Origin: an uncultured Caulobacteraceae bacterium
GTDB lineage: Bacteria; Pseudomonadota; Alphaproteobacteria; Caulobacterales; Caulobacteraceae
NCBI GenBank assembly: GCA_903870555.1
Contig: CAIQDO010000170.1
Span: forward strand, 1,067 to 65,066
Direction: 5' to 3'
Length of the DNA stretch: 64,000 nt
Shown: positions 10,501-17,903 of the stretch, piece by piece
Numbering within the stretch: position 1 is the first letter of the stretch
How the letters are laid out: each line of letters opens with the position of its first letter
The notes under the pieces: model-generated
Seen by the model: only the letters and a program-made list of their open reading frames with translations
Databases searched by the model: none
Told to the model about the DNA's origin: nothing
Made by a program: the position numbers and the translations under genes

Positions 10501-11730
10501 GAGGCGCGTTTCGCGGAACGGCCAGTCGACCCCGGCTTGGCGGATTTCACGCGCGTCGGCGGCGAGCGGCTGCGGCGGTTCGCGACTTTCCAGGCGATCG
10601 CCGAGACGCGGCCCGGGGTCGGCTGGCGGGAGTGGCCGCGCGCGCTTCAACGCCCTGACAGCGAGGCAACCTCGACGTTCGCGGCGGCGCACGCCGACCG
10701 GGTCGAATTCCACCAATATCTTCAATGGCTTTGCGATCTGCAGCTGGCCGACGCGGCGCGGCGCGGGTCGGGGCTCAGCCTGGGGATCTGCCGCGATCTG
10801 GCCCTGGGCGCGGCGCCGGACGGCGCGGAACTCTGGGCTGACGGCGACCTTGTCGCGCCAGGGGTGTCCATCGGAGCCCCGCCCGACCCGTTCGGTCCCC
10901 AAGGCCAGGTCTGGGGCCTGCCGCCCTTCGATCCCCACCGCCTGCGCGCCAACGGCTATCGCCACCAGGCGGACCTGCTGGCCGTCAACATGCGCCACGC
11001 GGGCGCGTTGCGGATCGACCATGTGATGGGCCTGGCGCGGCAGTTCTGGATTCCAGACGGCGCCGAGGCGATGGACGGGGCCTATGTCGACTACCCGTTC
11101 GGCGACCTGCTGAACGTCCTCGCGCTGGAGAGCCAGCGGGCGGCCTGTCTGATCATCGGCGAAGATCTCGGCACCGTGCCGGAGGGGTTCCGGGAAACCC
11201 TGTCCCGGGCCGGCGTGCTGAGCTACCGGGTATTGCCTTTCGAGCGCGCAGGTCGGGGCTTCAAACCGCCAACGGACTACCCGCGCGAAGCCTGGGCCTG
11301 CGTTTCCACCCACGATCTGCCGCCACTGGCCGGGTGGTGGGACGGTATCGACATCGATGAGCGGCAGTCGCTGGGCTTGATCACCGACTCGGTCGCCGAC
11401 GCTGCCCGGACGGAGCGAACCGACGACAAGGCGGCGCTGGACAACGCTCTGGTCGCCGAGGGTCTGGTCGACCACGGCGCGCCGCCGGACGGGCGCCTCC
11501 CGGCCAACGTCGCCGCGGCGCTGCACGCCTTTGTCGCCGCCTCGCCGGCGATGCTCGCCGTAGCCCAGGTCGAAGACCTCGCCGGCGAACGCGTCGCGGT
11601 CAACCTGCCTGGCACCGACCGCGAACGGCCCAACTGGCGCCGACGGCTGGCGACGCCCGTCGACTCCCTGTTTGAAAGCCCCCTCGCCGAAGGGATCGTG
11701 GCTGCCCTGCGTCCGGGGCGCGAGCCGTGA
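7600..11730 (+). CDS. glgX: Fused glycogen debranching enzyme (GlgX, GH13) and 4-alpha-glucanotransferase (MalQ, GH77)
   Basis: One 1376-aa ORF. N-half has GFRFDLA, IAEPWD, VAHDGFTL (GlgX); C-half from about V688 has LRIDHVMG, GEDLG, STHDL, NLPGT (MalQ). Confidence 0.93.
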   Translation: MTPGATVREGSPEPLGASVNAAGVNFAVWSASAVAIEVCLFDETGQVETTRHSLPGRTGPVFHGLIPGVAAGARYGLRAHGPFDPARGQRFDADKLLVDPYALELDRSFAFDAALLAQPQGVDSAAILPKAVIRAAGDLPGTPAPPPVIAWGEMVIYEASVRGFTRLHPDIPPALRGTFAGLGHPAAIAHLAALGVTCLELMPAAAWIDEPHLAALGLTNAWGYNPVALMAPDPRLAPGGWAEVRAAVDALAAAGIETLIDVVLNHSGEGDAFGPTVSLRGLDNAAYYRLEPDDPAVYVNDAGTGSILALDRAPGLRLAMDSLRAWRRLGGVHGFRFDLATVMGRRPQGFDPAAPLLAAIDQDPELRPLKLIAEPWDCGPGGYQIGRFPAAWGEWNDRYRDTVRGFWRGDPISRGELARRLAGSEDLFAGRRPSRSVNFIVAHDGFTLADLVAFRRKSNSANGEDNRDGADDNRSWNNGVEGPTADPTIIAARRADQRALLATLLLSRGAPMLSMGAETGRTQGGNNNAYAQDNATGWLDWAAPDGGLTDFTRRLLALRRDHPALRADRFLTGAPGPAALPDVEWRTDSGEALRPAEWDDLQGETLVMALAEPAGAGLDRVVVALHRGPAPVEIALPEPRDGFTWRLEADSADPARVFTVEGEALSMAARSVALLVESPAPARRPKGVSDAALAKLAAAAGIRPAWRAADGVAHVAPADTLKALLAAMGLDAPTTDTARDSLRRLSESQDRRPLPFALTGRTDEAVTVIFSGAAAPPRTWLMMEDEAGQVRRVRAAAGHGVDMAIRARDGAETRGLAVRLPPAQPGRYRLWREDDPAHDCRLTIAPPACHRPEALADGRRLWGLSAQLYSLARQGDQGIGDFTTLGDLAAATAARGGAVLGVNPFHALFPADRERASPYYPSDRRFLDPIYLDVEAARDTDIPPPTPSQPARMIDYPAVWARKSRSLEARFAERPVDPGLADFTRVGGERLRRFATFQAIAETRPGVGWREWPRALQRPDSEATSTFAAAHADRVEFHQYLQWLCDLQLADAARRGSGLSLGICRDLALGAAPDGAELWADGDLVAPGVSIGAPPDPFGPQGQVWGLPPFDPHRLRANGYRHQADLLAVNMRHAGALRIDHVMGLARQFWIPDGAEAMDGAYVDYPFGDLLNVLALESQRAACLIIGEDLGTVPEGFRETLSRAGVLSYRVLPFERAGRGFKPPTDYPREAWACVSTHDLPPLAGWWDGIDIDERQSLGLITDSVADAARTERTDDKAALDNALVAEGLVDHGAPPDGRLPANVAAALHAFVAASPAMLAVAQVEDLAGERVAVNLPGTDRERPNWRRRLATPVDSLFESPLAEGIVAALRPGREP

Positions 11731-11746
11731 AAGGATCCAGACCATC

Positions 11747-13282
11747 ATGTCCCATCTGCGCGCCCTGATCGCAGGACTGCTCCTGGTCGCCGCCGCCTCG
11801 GCGCATGCGGCGCCGGATCCAGCCAGGACCGCCGCCGACACCTGGCGCGCCGGCCACGAGACGGCGATCCTGAGCGAGTTCACGGACTTCCTGGCCATGC
11901 CCGACGTCGCCACGACCATCCCCGACGTGGAGCGCAACGCCGACCATCTGATGGACCTGCTGCGGGCGCGGGGTTTCGTGACCCGAATCCTGTCAGCCGG
12001 CGCTGGCACGCCGCCAACCGTCTATGCCGAATTGAAAACGCCGGGCGCCCGCAGAACGGTCCTGTACTATGCTCACTATGACGGCCAGCCGGTGGGCCAG
12101 AGGGGTTGGGCCTCGCCGCCCTTCACGCCCGTGATGCGCACCGGCCCCTTGGGTCAAGGGGCCTCTATCGTGGACTGGCGCGCCGCCCCGACACCGCTCG
12201 ATCCCGCCTGGCGGCTCTACGCAAGGGCCTCCGGCGACGACAAGGCCTCGATCGAGGCGCTGTTGACGGCGGTCGACGCCTTGCGGGCCAAGGGGATCAA
12301 GCCATCGGTGAACATCAAGCTGTTCTACGAAGGCGAGGAGGAACAGGGTTCGCCCCATCTCGGGGCGATCATCGACGCCAACGCCGCCCTGCTGAAGACC
12401 GATCTGATCATCATGGGCGACGGGCCAATGCACCAGAGCGGTCGCCAACAGGTCAACTTCGGCTCGCGCGGGGTGATCGGCCTGACCCTGACCGTCTATG
12501 GCGCGCTCAGACCGTTGCACGATGGCCACTACGGCAGCTGGGCGCCCAGTCCGGCGGTGGAGATCGCCCACCTGATCGCCGCCCTTCGGCAGGAAAACGG
12601 CGAAATTGGCATCCCCGGTTTCTATGACGACGTCCGCCCGCCCACGGCTTCCGAGACGGCCGCCCTCGCCGCTCTGCCGCCGGTCGAGGCGGGGTTGGCG
12701 CGCGATCTGGGCATCGCCGCTCCGATCACCGATCAGAGACTCGACGACAGCTATTTCCGGCCCACGCTGAACGTGCGGTCGATCCATGTCGGCGACAGCG
12801 GACCCAACGCCGCCAACGCCATCGCCACCACCGCCGAGGCGTCGCTCGACTTCCGCATCGTGCCCGACGAGACGCCCGACCGTGTGCGAACCCTGTTCTC
12901 GGCCGGTCTGACAACGCTCGGCTGGTTCGTCGTCGACGCGCCACCGGACCTCGCCACACGGCTGGCTCATCCCCGGATCGTGCGCGTGTCTTGGGATCCG
13001 GGCGGCTCCGCCGCCGTGAAGACGGACATGGACGGGCCCGCCTCCCGCGCTGTCACCGACACGATTTCACGGGAACAGGGAGCGCCGGTTCTGAAGGTCC
13101 CGATGGTTGGGGCGAGTTCCGGGCTGGACGTGATTGTCAGGGGGCTCAGGGCGCCGATGGTGGGAGTGAGCATCGCCAACTTCGACGACAATCAGCACGC
13201 GGAGAACGAGAACCTGCGCCTCGGCGCGCTATGGGACGGGATCGGAGTCTACGCCGCCCTGTTGTCGGAACTTGACTGGTAG
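11747..13282 (+). CDS. Secreted M20/M25/M40 metallopeptidase
   Basis: Signal peptide MSHLRALIAGLLLVAAASAHA; HYDGQP, RASGDDK, EGEEE, QHAENEN. ATG 11747 preferred over 11672. Confidence 0.88.
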   Translation: MSHLRALIAGLLLVAAASAHAAPDPARTAADTWRAGHETAILSEFTDFLAMPDVATTIPDVERNADHLMDLLRARGFVTRILSAGAGTPPTVYAELKTPGARRTVLYYAHYDGQPVGQRGWASPPFTPVMRTGPLGQGASIVDWRAAPTPLDPAWRLYARASGDDKASIEALLTAVDALRAKGIKPSVNIKLFYEGEEEQGSPHLGAIIDANAALLKTDLIIMGDGPMHQSGRQQVNFGSRGVIGLTLTVYGALRPLHDGHYGSWAPSPAVEIAHLIAALRQENGEIGIPGFYDDVRPPTASETAALAALPPVEAGLARDLGIAAPITDQRLDDSYFRPTLNVRSIHVGDSGPNAANAIATTAEASLDFRIVPDETPDRVRTLFSAGLTTLGWFVVDAPPDLATRLAHPRIVRVSWDPGGSAAVKTDMDGPASRAVTDTISREQGAPVLKVPMVGASSGLDVIVRGLRAPMVGVSIANFDDNQHAENENLRLGALWDGIGVYAALLSELDW

Positions 13283-14392
13283 TCAGGGCGCGGCGAGCCG
13301 CCCGCCGGTCATGGCGACGGGAACGCCTGTCGTTCCGGGGAAGGAGATCGGCAAACCGGTCACGTTGCGCGCGGCCAGATAGGCGAAGGCCTCCGCCTCG
13401 ATGGCGTCACCTCGCCATCCCACCGCCTCGGCGGTCACGACCGGCATGGGGACACGCGCGGCGATGGCCCGCATCAGCACCGGATTGCGGCGACCGCCGC
13501 CACAGACGATCAGACGGGACGGCGCGACGCCGAGTCCCCGCAGCGCGAGCGCGACGGCCGAGGCGGCGAATGCCGTAAGCGTGGCGGCGCCATCCGCCAG
13601 CGTCAGACCCGACACCGGCTCGATCGAGAAGTCGAAGCGGTCGAGGGACTTCGGCCCCCGGGCGCGAAAATAGGGATGGTCGAGGTAGGCGGCGACAATC
13701 GCCTCATCGACCCGACCGGCCCGGGCCAGGGCGCCGTCGACGTCGCAGCGGGCGCCGCTGTGGGCCTGTACCCACAGGTCGATCATGCCGTTGGCCGGGC
13801 CGGTGTCCCAGGCCTCCAGCTCGCCGGAAGGCGTCACCAGCGTGACATTGCCCACCCCACCCAGGTTCAGGACAGCCACCGGGCCATCGAGCCCTGACCA
13901 GCGAACCAGAGCCCTGTGGTAGATCGGGGCCAGCGGCGCCCCTTGCCCTCCCGCCGAGACATCGGCGGTGCGGAAGTCATAGGCCACGGGCAGGCCCAGG
14001 CCGCGGGCCACACGTCCGGCGTCGATAAGCTGGACCGTTCGTCCTGCGGGCCGTGTCGGCAGGGGCGGCTCGTGCAGCACGGTCTGGCCGTGGACGCCGA
14101 CCAGGTCCATTTCTGTGAGGGAGACCCCGGATTCGGCCAGGAATTCGCCGGCGGCGAGCAGATGCTGGTCGGCGATGGCGGTCGCGGCGATTTCGAATTC
14201 GGCCGGTGGCGGCGCGCCCCACGGCCAGGACCGGCCGGCGACGATGGCCGCCTCCACCAGCGCGCGGACGGCGGGATCGAGCTTGCGCTCCCCGGCCGGG
14301 CCGAACGCCAGGATGGCCTCGCCGTCGGTGTCGAGCACGGCCATGTCGACCGCGTCGAGGGAGGTGCCGGTCATGAAGCCGAGGACTTTCAT
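13283..14392 (-). CDS. anmK: Anhydro-N-acetylmuramic acid kinase
   Basis: VLGFMTGTSLD, HGQTVLH, DFRTADVSAGGQGAPL, DTGPAN, CGGGRRN, EAEAFA. Alternative start at 14410. Confidence 0.95.
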   Translation of the reverse strand: MKVLGFMTGTSLDAVDMAVLDTDGEAILAFGPAGERKLDPAVRALVEAAIVAGRSWPWGAPPPAEFEIAATAIADQHLLAAGEFLAESGVSLTEMDLVGVHGQTVLHEPPLPTRPAGRTVQLIDAGRVARGLGLPVAYDFRTADVSAGGQGAPLAPIYHRALVRWSGLDGPVAVLNLGGVGNVTLVTPSGELEAWDTGPANGMIDLWVQAHSGARCDVDGALARAGRVDEAIVAAYLDHPYFRARGPKSLDRFDFSIEPVSGLTLADGAATLTAFAASAVALALRGLGVAPSRLIVCGGGRRNPVLMRAIAARVPMPVVTAEAVGWRGDAIEAEAFAYLAARNVTGLPISFPGTTGVPVAMTGGRLAAP

Positions 14393-14583
14393 CGCCGCCT
14401 TGACTGCCATGGCCAAGGCCCGGTAGCTAGCCGTCATGACCCCGCGCGCCAATCTCGCCCGCCGCTATTACCGCTCGCCCTACTAGCGCGAGCGGCCAGA
14501 CAGTCACGTCCGCCGCCCATCGGTCGGCGGCGGCTCATCACGGATGACGGTCTCCGACCTCAGACCCCGTCAAGGAGCCGTCC

Positions 14584-15843
14584 ATGTCCTCCCAGAACCT
14601 GATCGAAACGTTCAAACCTCGCTCGGATCTCGTGCGCATCCTGCTGGAGCGCGGCCATGTCTATCAGGCCACCGACCTTGAGGGCCTGGACGCCGCCGCC
14701 CTGACAGGGCCGATCTCGGCCTACATCGGCTTTGACGCCACCGCGGCCAGCCTGCACGTCGGCAGCCTGGTTCAGATCATGACCCTTCGGCGCCTGCAAC
14801 AGACCGGCCACAGGCCGATCGTGCTGATGGGCGGCGGCACCACCAAGGTCGGCGATCCCTCGGACAAGGCGACCCAGCGGCCGATGCTCACCGACGCGGT
14901 GATCGCAACCAATCTGAAGGGGATCTTAAAGGCCTTCGCGCCGTTCCTGCGCTTCGGCGAGGGTCCTACCGACGCGGTGATGGTCAACAACGCCGACTGG
15001 CTTGAAAAGCTCGGCTACATCGAATTCCTGCGCGACTACGGCGTCCACTTCACCATAAACAAGATGCTGACCCTCGAGTTCGTCCGTAACCGGCTCGAGA
15101 ACGAGCAGCCGCTGACCTTCCTCGAATTCAACTACATGCTGATGCAGTCGGCGGATTTCCTTGAGCTCAACCGGCGCTGGAACTGCACGTTGCAGTTCGG
15201 CGGCTCGGAGCAGTGGGGCAACATTGTCAACGGGATCGACCTGATCCGTCGCCTCGAAAGCCGGCAGGCGTTCGGCGTCACGGCGCCTCTGGTGACCACG
15301 GCGTCGGGCGTGAAGATGGGCAAGACCGTCGATGGCGCCGTGTGGCTCAACGCCGAGATGCGAAGCGCCTACGACTACTGGCAGTTCTGGCGCAACACCG
15401 AGGACGCCGATGTCGGCCGATTCCTGCGCCTGTTCACCGACCTGTCGCTGGATGAGATCGCACGGCTGGAAGCGCTCGGCGGCGCCGAGATCAACGAGGC
15501 CAAGAAGGTCCTGGCCAACGAGGCCACGACGATGCTGCATGGACGCGAGGCCGCCGACACCGCGGCGGGCGCCGCTCGAGCGGCGTTCGAGGAAGGCACG
15601 CTGTCCCAGGACTTGCCGACGGTCGAGTTGTCGGCGGAGACCGTGGGCGCCATGTCCAACCTTGCCTTGATGATCGCCGCCGGCTTCGCCGCCTCCAACG
15701 GCGACGCCCGACGGCAGATCGCCGGCGGGGCGTTCCGTATCGACGGGGTAAAGGTCGCCGACGCCAACGCCCTGGTCAGCCTCGCGGGCCGGGAAGCGGA
15801 ACTCCGCAAGGGCAACGCGCGCAAGCGTCTTGTTGTCACCTGA
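14584..15843 (+). CDS. tyrS: Tyrosine--tRNA ligase
   Basis: [15 protein letters not shown] (HIGH-type), KMGKT (KMSKS-type), C-terminal S4-like region; SD AAGGAG. Confidence 0.96.
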   Translation: MSSQNLIETFKPRSDLVRILLERGHVYQATDLEGLDAAALTGPISAYIGFDATAASLHVGSLVQIMTLRRLQQTGHRPIVLMGGGTTKVGDPSDKATQRPMLTDAVIATNLKGILKAFAPFLRFGEGPTDAVMVNNADWLEKLGYIEFLRDYGVHFTINKMLTLEFVRNRLENEQPLTFLEFNYMLMQSADFLELNRRWNCTLQFGGSEQWGNIVNGIDLIRRLESRQAFGVTAPLVTTASGVKMGKTVDGAVWLNAEMRSAYDYWQFWRNTEDADVGRFLRLFTDLSLDEIARLEALGGAEINEAKKVLANEATTMLHGREAADTAAGAARAAFEEGTLSQDLPTVELSAETVGAMSNLALMIAAGFAASNGDARRQIAGGAFRIDGVKVADANALVSLAGREAELRKGNARKRLVVT

Positions 15844-15867
15844 ATCCGTTCTGAAAGGACACGAGCC

Positions 15868-16335
15868 ATGACCATCGACCTGAAAGCCGGCGACTTGGCG
15901 CCTGACTTCGATATGGCCGCCGACAGCGGCCGGGTCGCCCTAGGCGACTTCAAGGGCAAGACGCTGGTGCTGTATTTCTACCCCAAGGACGACACCAGCG
16001 GCTGCACCAACGAAGCGAAGGCCTTCGCCGAAGCGAGCGCCGATTTCGCCGCCGCCGGCGCCGTGATCGTCGGCGTTTCCAAGGATTCGGTGGCGAGTCA
16101 CCTGCGGTTCAAGACCAAGTACGACCTCAATTTTCCACTCGGCTCGGACCCGGACGGCGCCGTCGTCGAGGGCTACGGCGTTTGGGTCGAAAAAAGCATG
16201 TATGGCCGCAAATACATGGGCATCGACCGGTCGACGTTCCTGATCGACGGCGCGGGCGTCGTGAGCCGGGTGTGGCGAAAAGTGAAGGTGCCCGGTCACG
16301 CGGCCGAGGTCCTGGCGGCCGCCAAGGCGCTCTGA
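15868..16335 (+). CDS. bcp: Peroxiredoxin, BCP/PrxQ family
   Basis: YFYPKDDTSGCTNEA; RSTFLID. Confidence 0.92.
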   Translation: MTIDLKAGDLAPDFDMAADSGRVALGDFKGKTLVLYFYPKDDTSGCTNEAKAFAEASADFAAAGAVIVGVSKDSVASHLRFKTKYDLNFPLGSDPDGAVVEGYGVWVEKSMYGRKYMGIDRSTFLIDGAGVVSRVWRKVKVPGHAAEVLAAAKAL

Positions 16336-16443
16336 ATCCAGGTCGGCCGCGGCGCGGCGGCGGGGCGCGACGCCACGTCCGATTGTGCGACGCGACGGCT
16401 GTCGGGCATATGGCGGGCATCGCTTCCGTGGGATTCCGCACAG

Positions 16444-17385
16444 ATGATCTCTGCCAGACTGGCGCGGATGCGACGCCGTATCGAAGCGCCGTTTCCCGAA
16501 CGCCATATCTATATTCGCGCCGCCGGAGAGGTTCGCGGGGTGGTTTTGACCACGGGACAGCAGCTTCTGCTGGCGGGAACGGCCCTGGGCGTCATCGTGT
16601 GGATCACCTTCGCGACCCTCGGCATGGCCGTCGCCGCGGTGGCCGCCTACGCCAGCCATGAGCAGGCCAGACGCGTCGAGGCCGCGAACGCCCACCAGTT
16701 GGCCAGCCACGACGCGCGACTTATCGCCGCAGTCGACACCCTCGCCCGAACCGGGGCGGACCATCTGCGGACCACGCTGAACCTCGCCGGGGTCAGCCCC
16801 GACAGCGTGGCTCCCAAGGTCAGCGGCGGACAGGGCGGCCCCCTCATCGACCCAAACGATCCGCGCGCGGTCGACGCCTTGCGCGGCGTCCGCGCCGACG
16901 CCGCCGGTCCCATTGTCACGGCCGCCCGCGATGTCGCCGAACTGCGCGCCCTGGCCAGCGCCTCGTCGGCCCTGCCGCTCGCCCGGCCGACCGCCGACAT
17001 GGGCCAATCGAGCGGATTCGGCATCCGCCGCGACCCGATCACCGGCCACGCCGCCTTCCACCCCGGCCTGGATTTCCCGCGCCCGCGAATGACCCCGGTC
17101 TACGCCACCGCTCCGGGGGTGGTGTCGTTCGCCGGCGCCCGCAGCGGCTATGGCGACACCGTCGAAATCACCCACGACCGTGGCTTCGTGACCCGTTTCG
17201 CCCACCTTGGAACGATCGCTGTGGGTGTCGGACAGAAGGTGACCGTTCACCAGCGGATCGGCGCGATCGGCTCCACGGGCCGGTCGACGGGACCGCATCT
17301 GCACTACGAGGTCTGGAGGGACGGCCGTCCGCTGGATCCGCAACGATTCCTGAAGGCGGGGGACTATGTTCAACAAGCAAGCTAG
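16444..17385 (+). CDS. Membrane-anchored M23 (LytM) endopeptidase, LmdC-like
   Basis: N-terminal FPERHIYIR segment plus one TM helix; M23 zinc motifs HPGLD and STGPHLHYE; overlaps the bactofilin start. Confidence 0.88.
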   Translation: MISARLARMRRRIEAPFPERHIYIRAAGEVRGVVLTTGQQLLLAGTALGVIVWITFATLGMAVAAVAAYASHEQARRVEAANAHQLASHDARLIAAVDTLARTGADHLRTTLNLAGVSPDSVAPKVSGGQGGPLIDPNDPRAVDALRGVRADAAGPIVTAARDVAELRALASASSALPLARPTADMGQSSGFGIRRDPITGHAAFHPGLDFPRPRMTPVYATAPGVVSFAGARSGYGDTVEITHDRGFVTRFAHLGTIAVGVGQKVTVHQRIGAIGSTGRSTGPHLHYEVWRDGRPLDPQRFLKAGDYVQQAS

Positions 17386-17818
17386 GTCCGAGGGCGGTTC
17401 CCGCGCCTCGGCGACGATCCCGGGAGCGGATGGCGCGCGCCGGGCCGCCCAGGTCGCGTCGCTGATCACCGACGCCATCACCATCGAGGGCAACCTGACT
17501 GGCGATGGCGAGCTGCAGGTGGACTGCGTGATCCGTGGCGATGTGTCAGTTTCGCGGCTGTCAGTGGGGGAAAGCGGTCGGATCGAGGGCGCGGTGACGG
17601 CGGAAGCGGTGGAACTGCGCGGCGCGGTGACCGGCTCGATCACCGCCCGCCATATCCGCCTCTACGCCACCGCCCGCGTCGAAGGCGACATCACCCACGA
17701 CCACCTGACAATGGACTCAGGAGCCCGCTTCGAGGGTCGCAGCCAGAGGTTGACGCGGGACCCGCCGGCTCTGCCGGCCGCCCCCGTCGCCGTCGCTGTC
17801 GCTGTCGCTGTCGCCTAG
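17366..17818 (+). CDS. bacA: Bactofilin (polymer-forming cytoskeletal protein)
   Basis: MFNKQARS membrane-targeting-type N-terminus; beta-helix repeats (ITIEGNLTGDGELQVD...RVEGDITH...MDSGARFEG). Symbol is family level. Confidence 0.85.
   Translation: MFNKQARSEGGSRASATIPGADGARRAAQVASLITDAITIEGNLTGDGELQVDCVIRGDVSVSRLSVGESGRIEGAVTAEAVELRGAVTGSITARHIRLYATARVEGDITHDHLTMDSGARFEGRSQRLTRDPPALPAAPVAVAVAVAVA
17786..17815 (+). repeat. Five-copy hexamer tandem repeat GTCGCY encoding VAVAVAVAVA
   Basis: GTCGCC GTCGCT GTCGCT GTCGCT GTCGCC, immediately followed by TAG. Confidence 0.9.
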
Positions 17819-17842
17819 GTCGTCGGACACTCGACCATGACG

Positions 17843-17852
17843 GTTAATTAAC
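17843..17852. promoter_or_regulatory. AT-rich palindrome GTTAATTAAC, possible CtrA half-sites or operator upstream of the exporter
   Basis: Perfect 10-bp palindrome in GC-rich intergenic DNA; the minus strand reads TTAACCGT, one mismatch from the TTAACCAT half-site. Confidence 0.4.
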
Positions 17853-17903
17853 TGGCGCGGTCGCGCCGTCGCCGCCAATGGTGCCGCCGGGTCTTGAGGG
17901 ACC

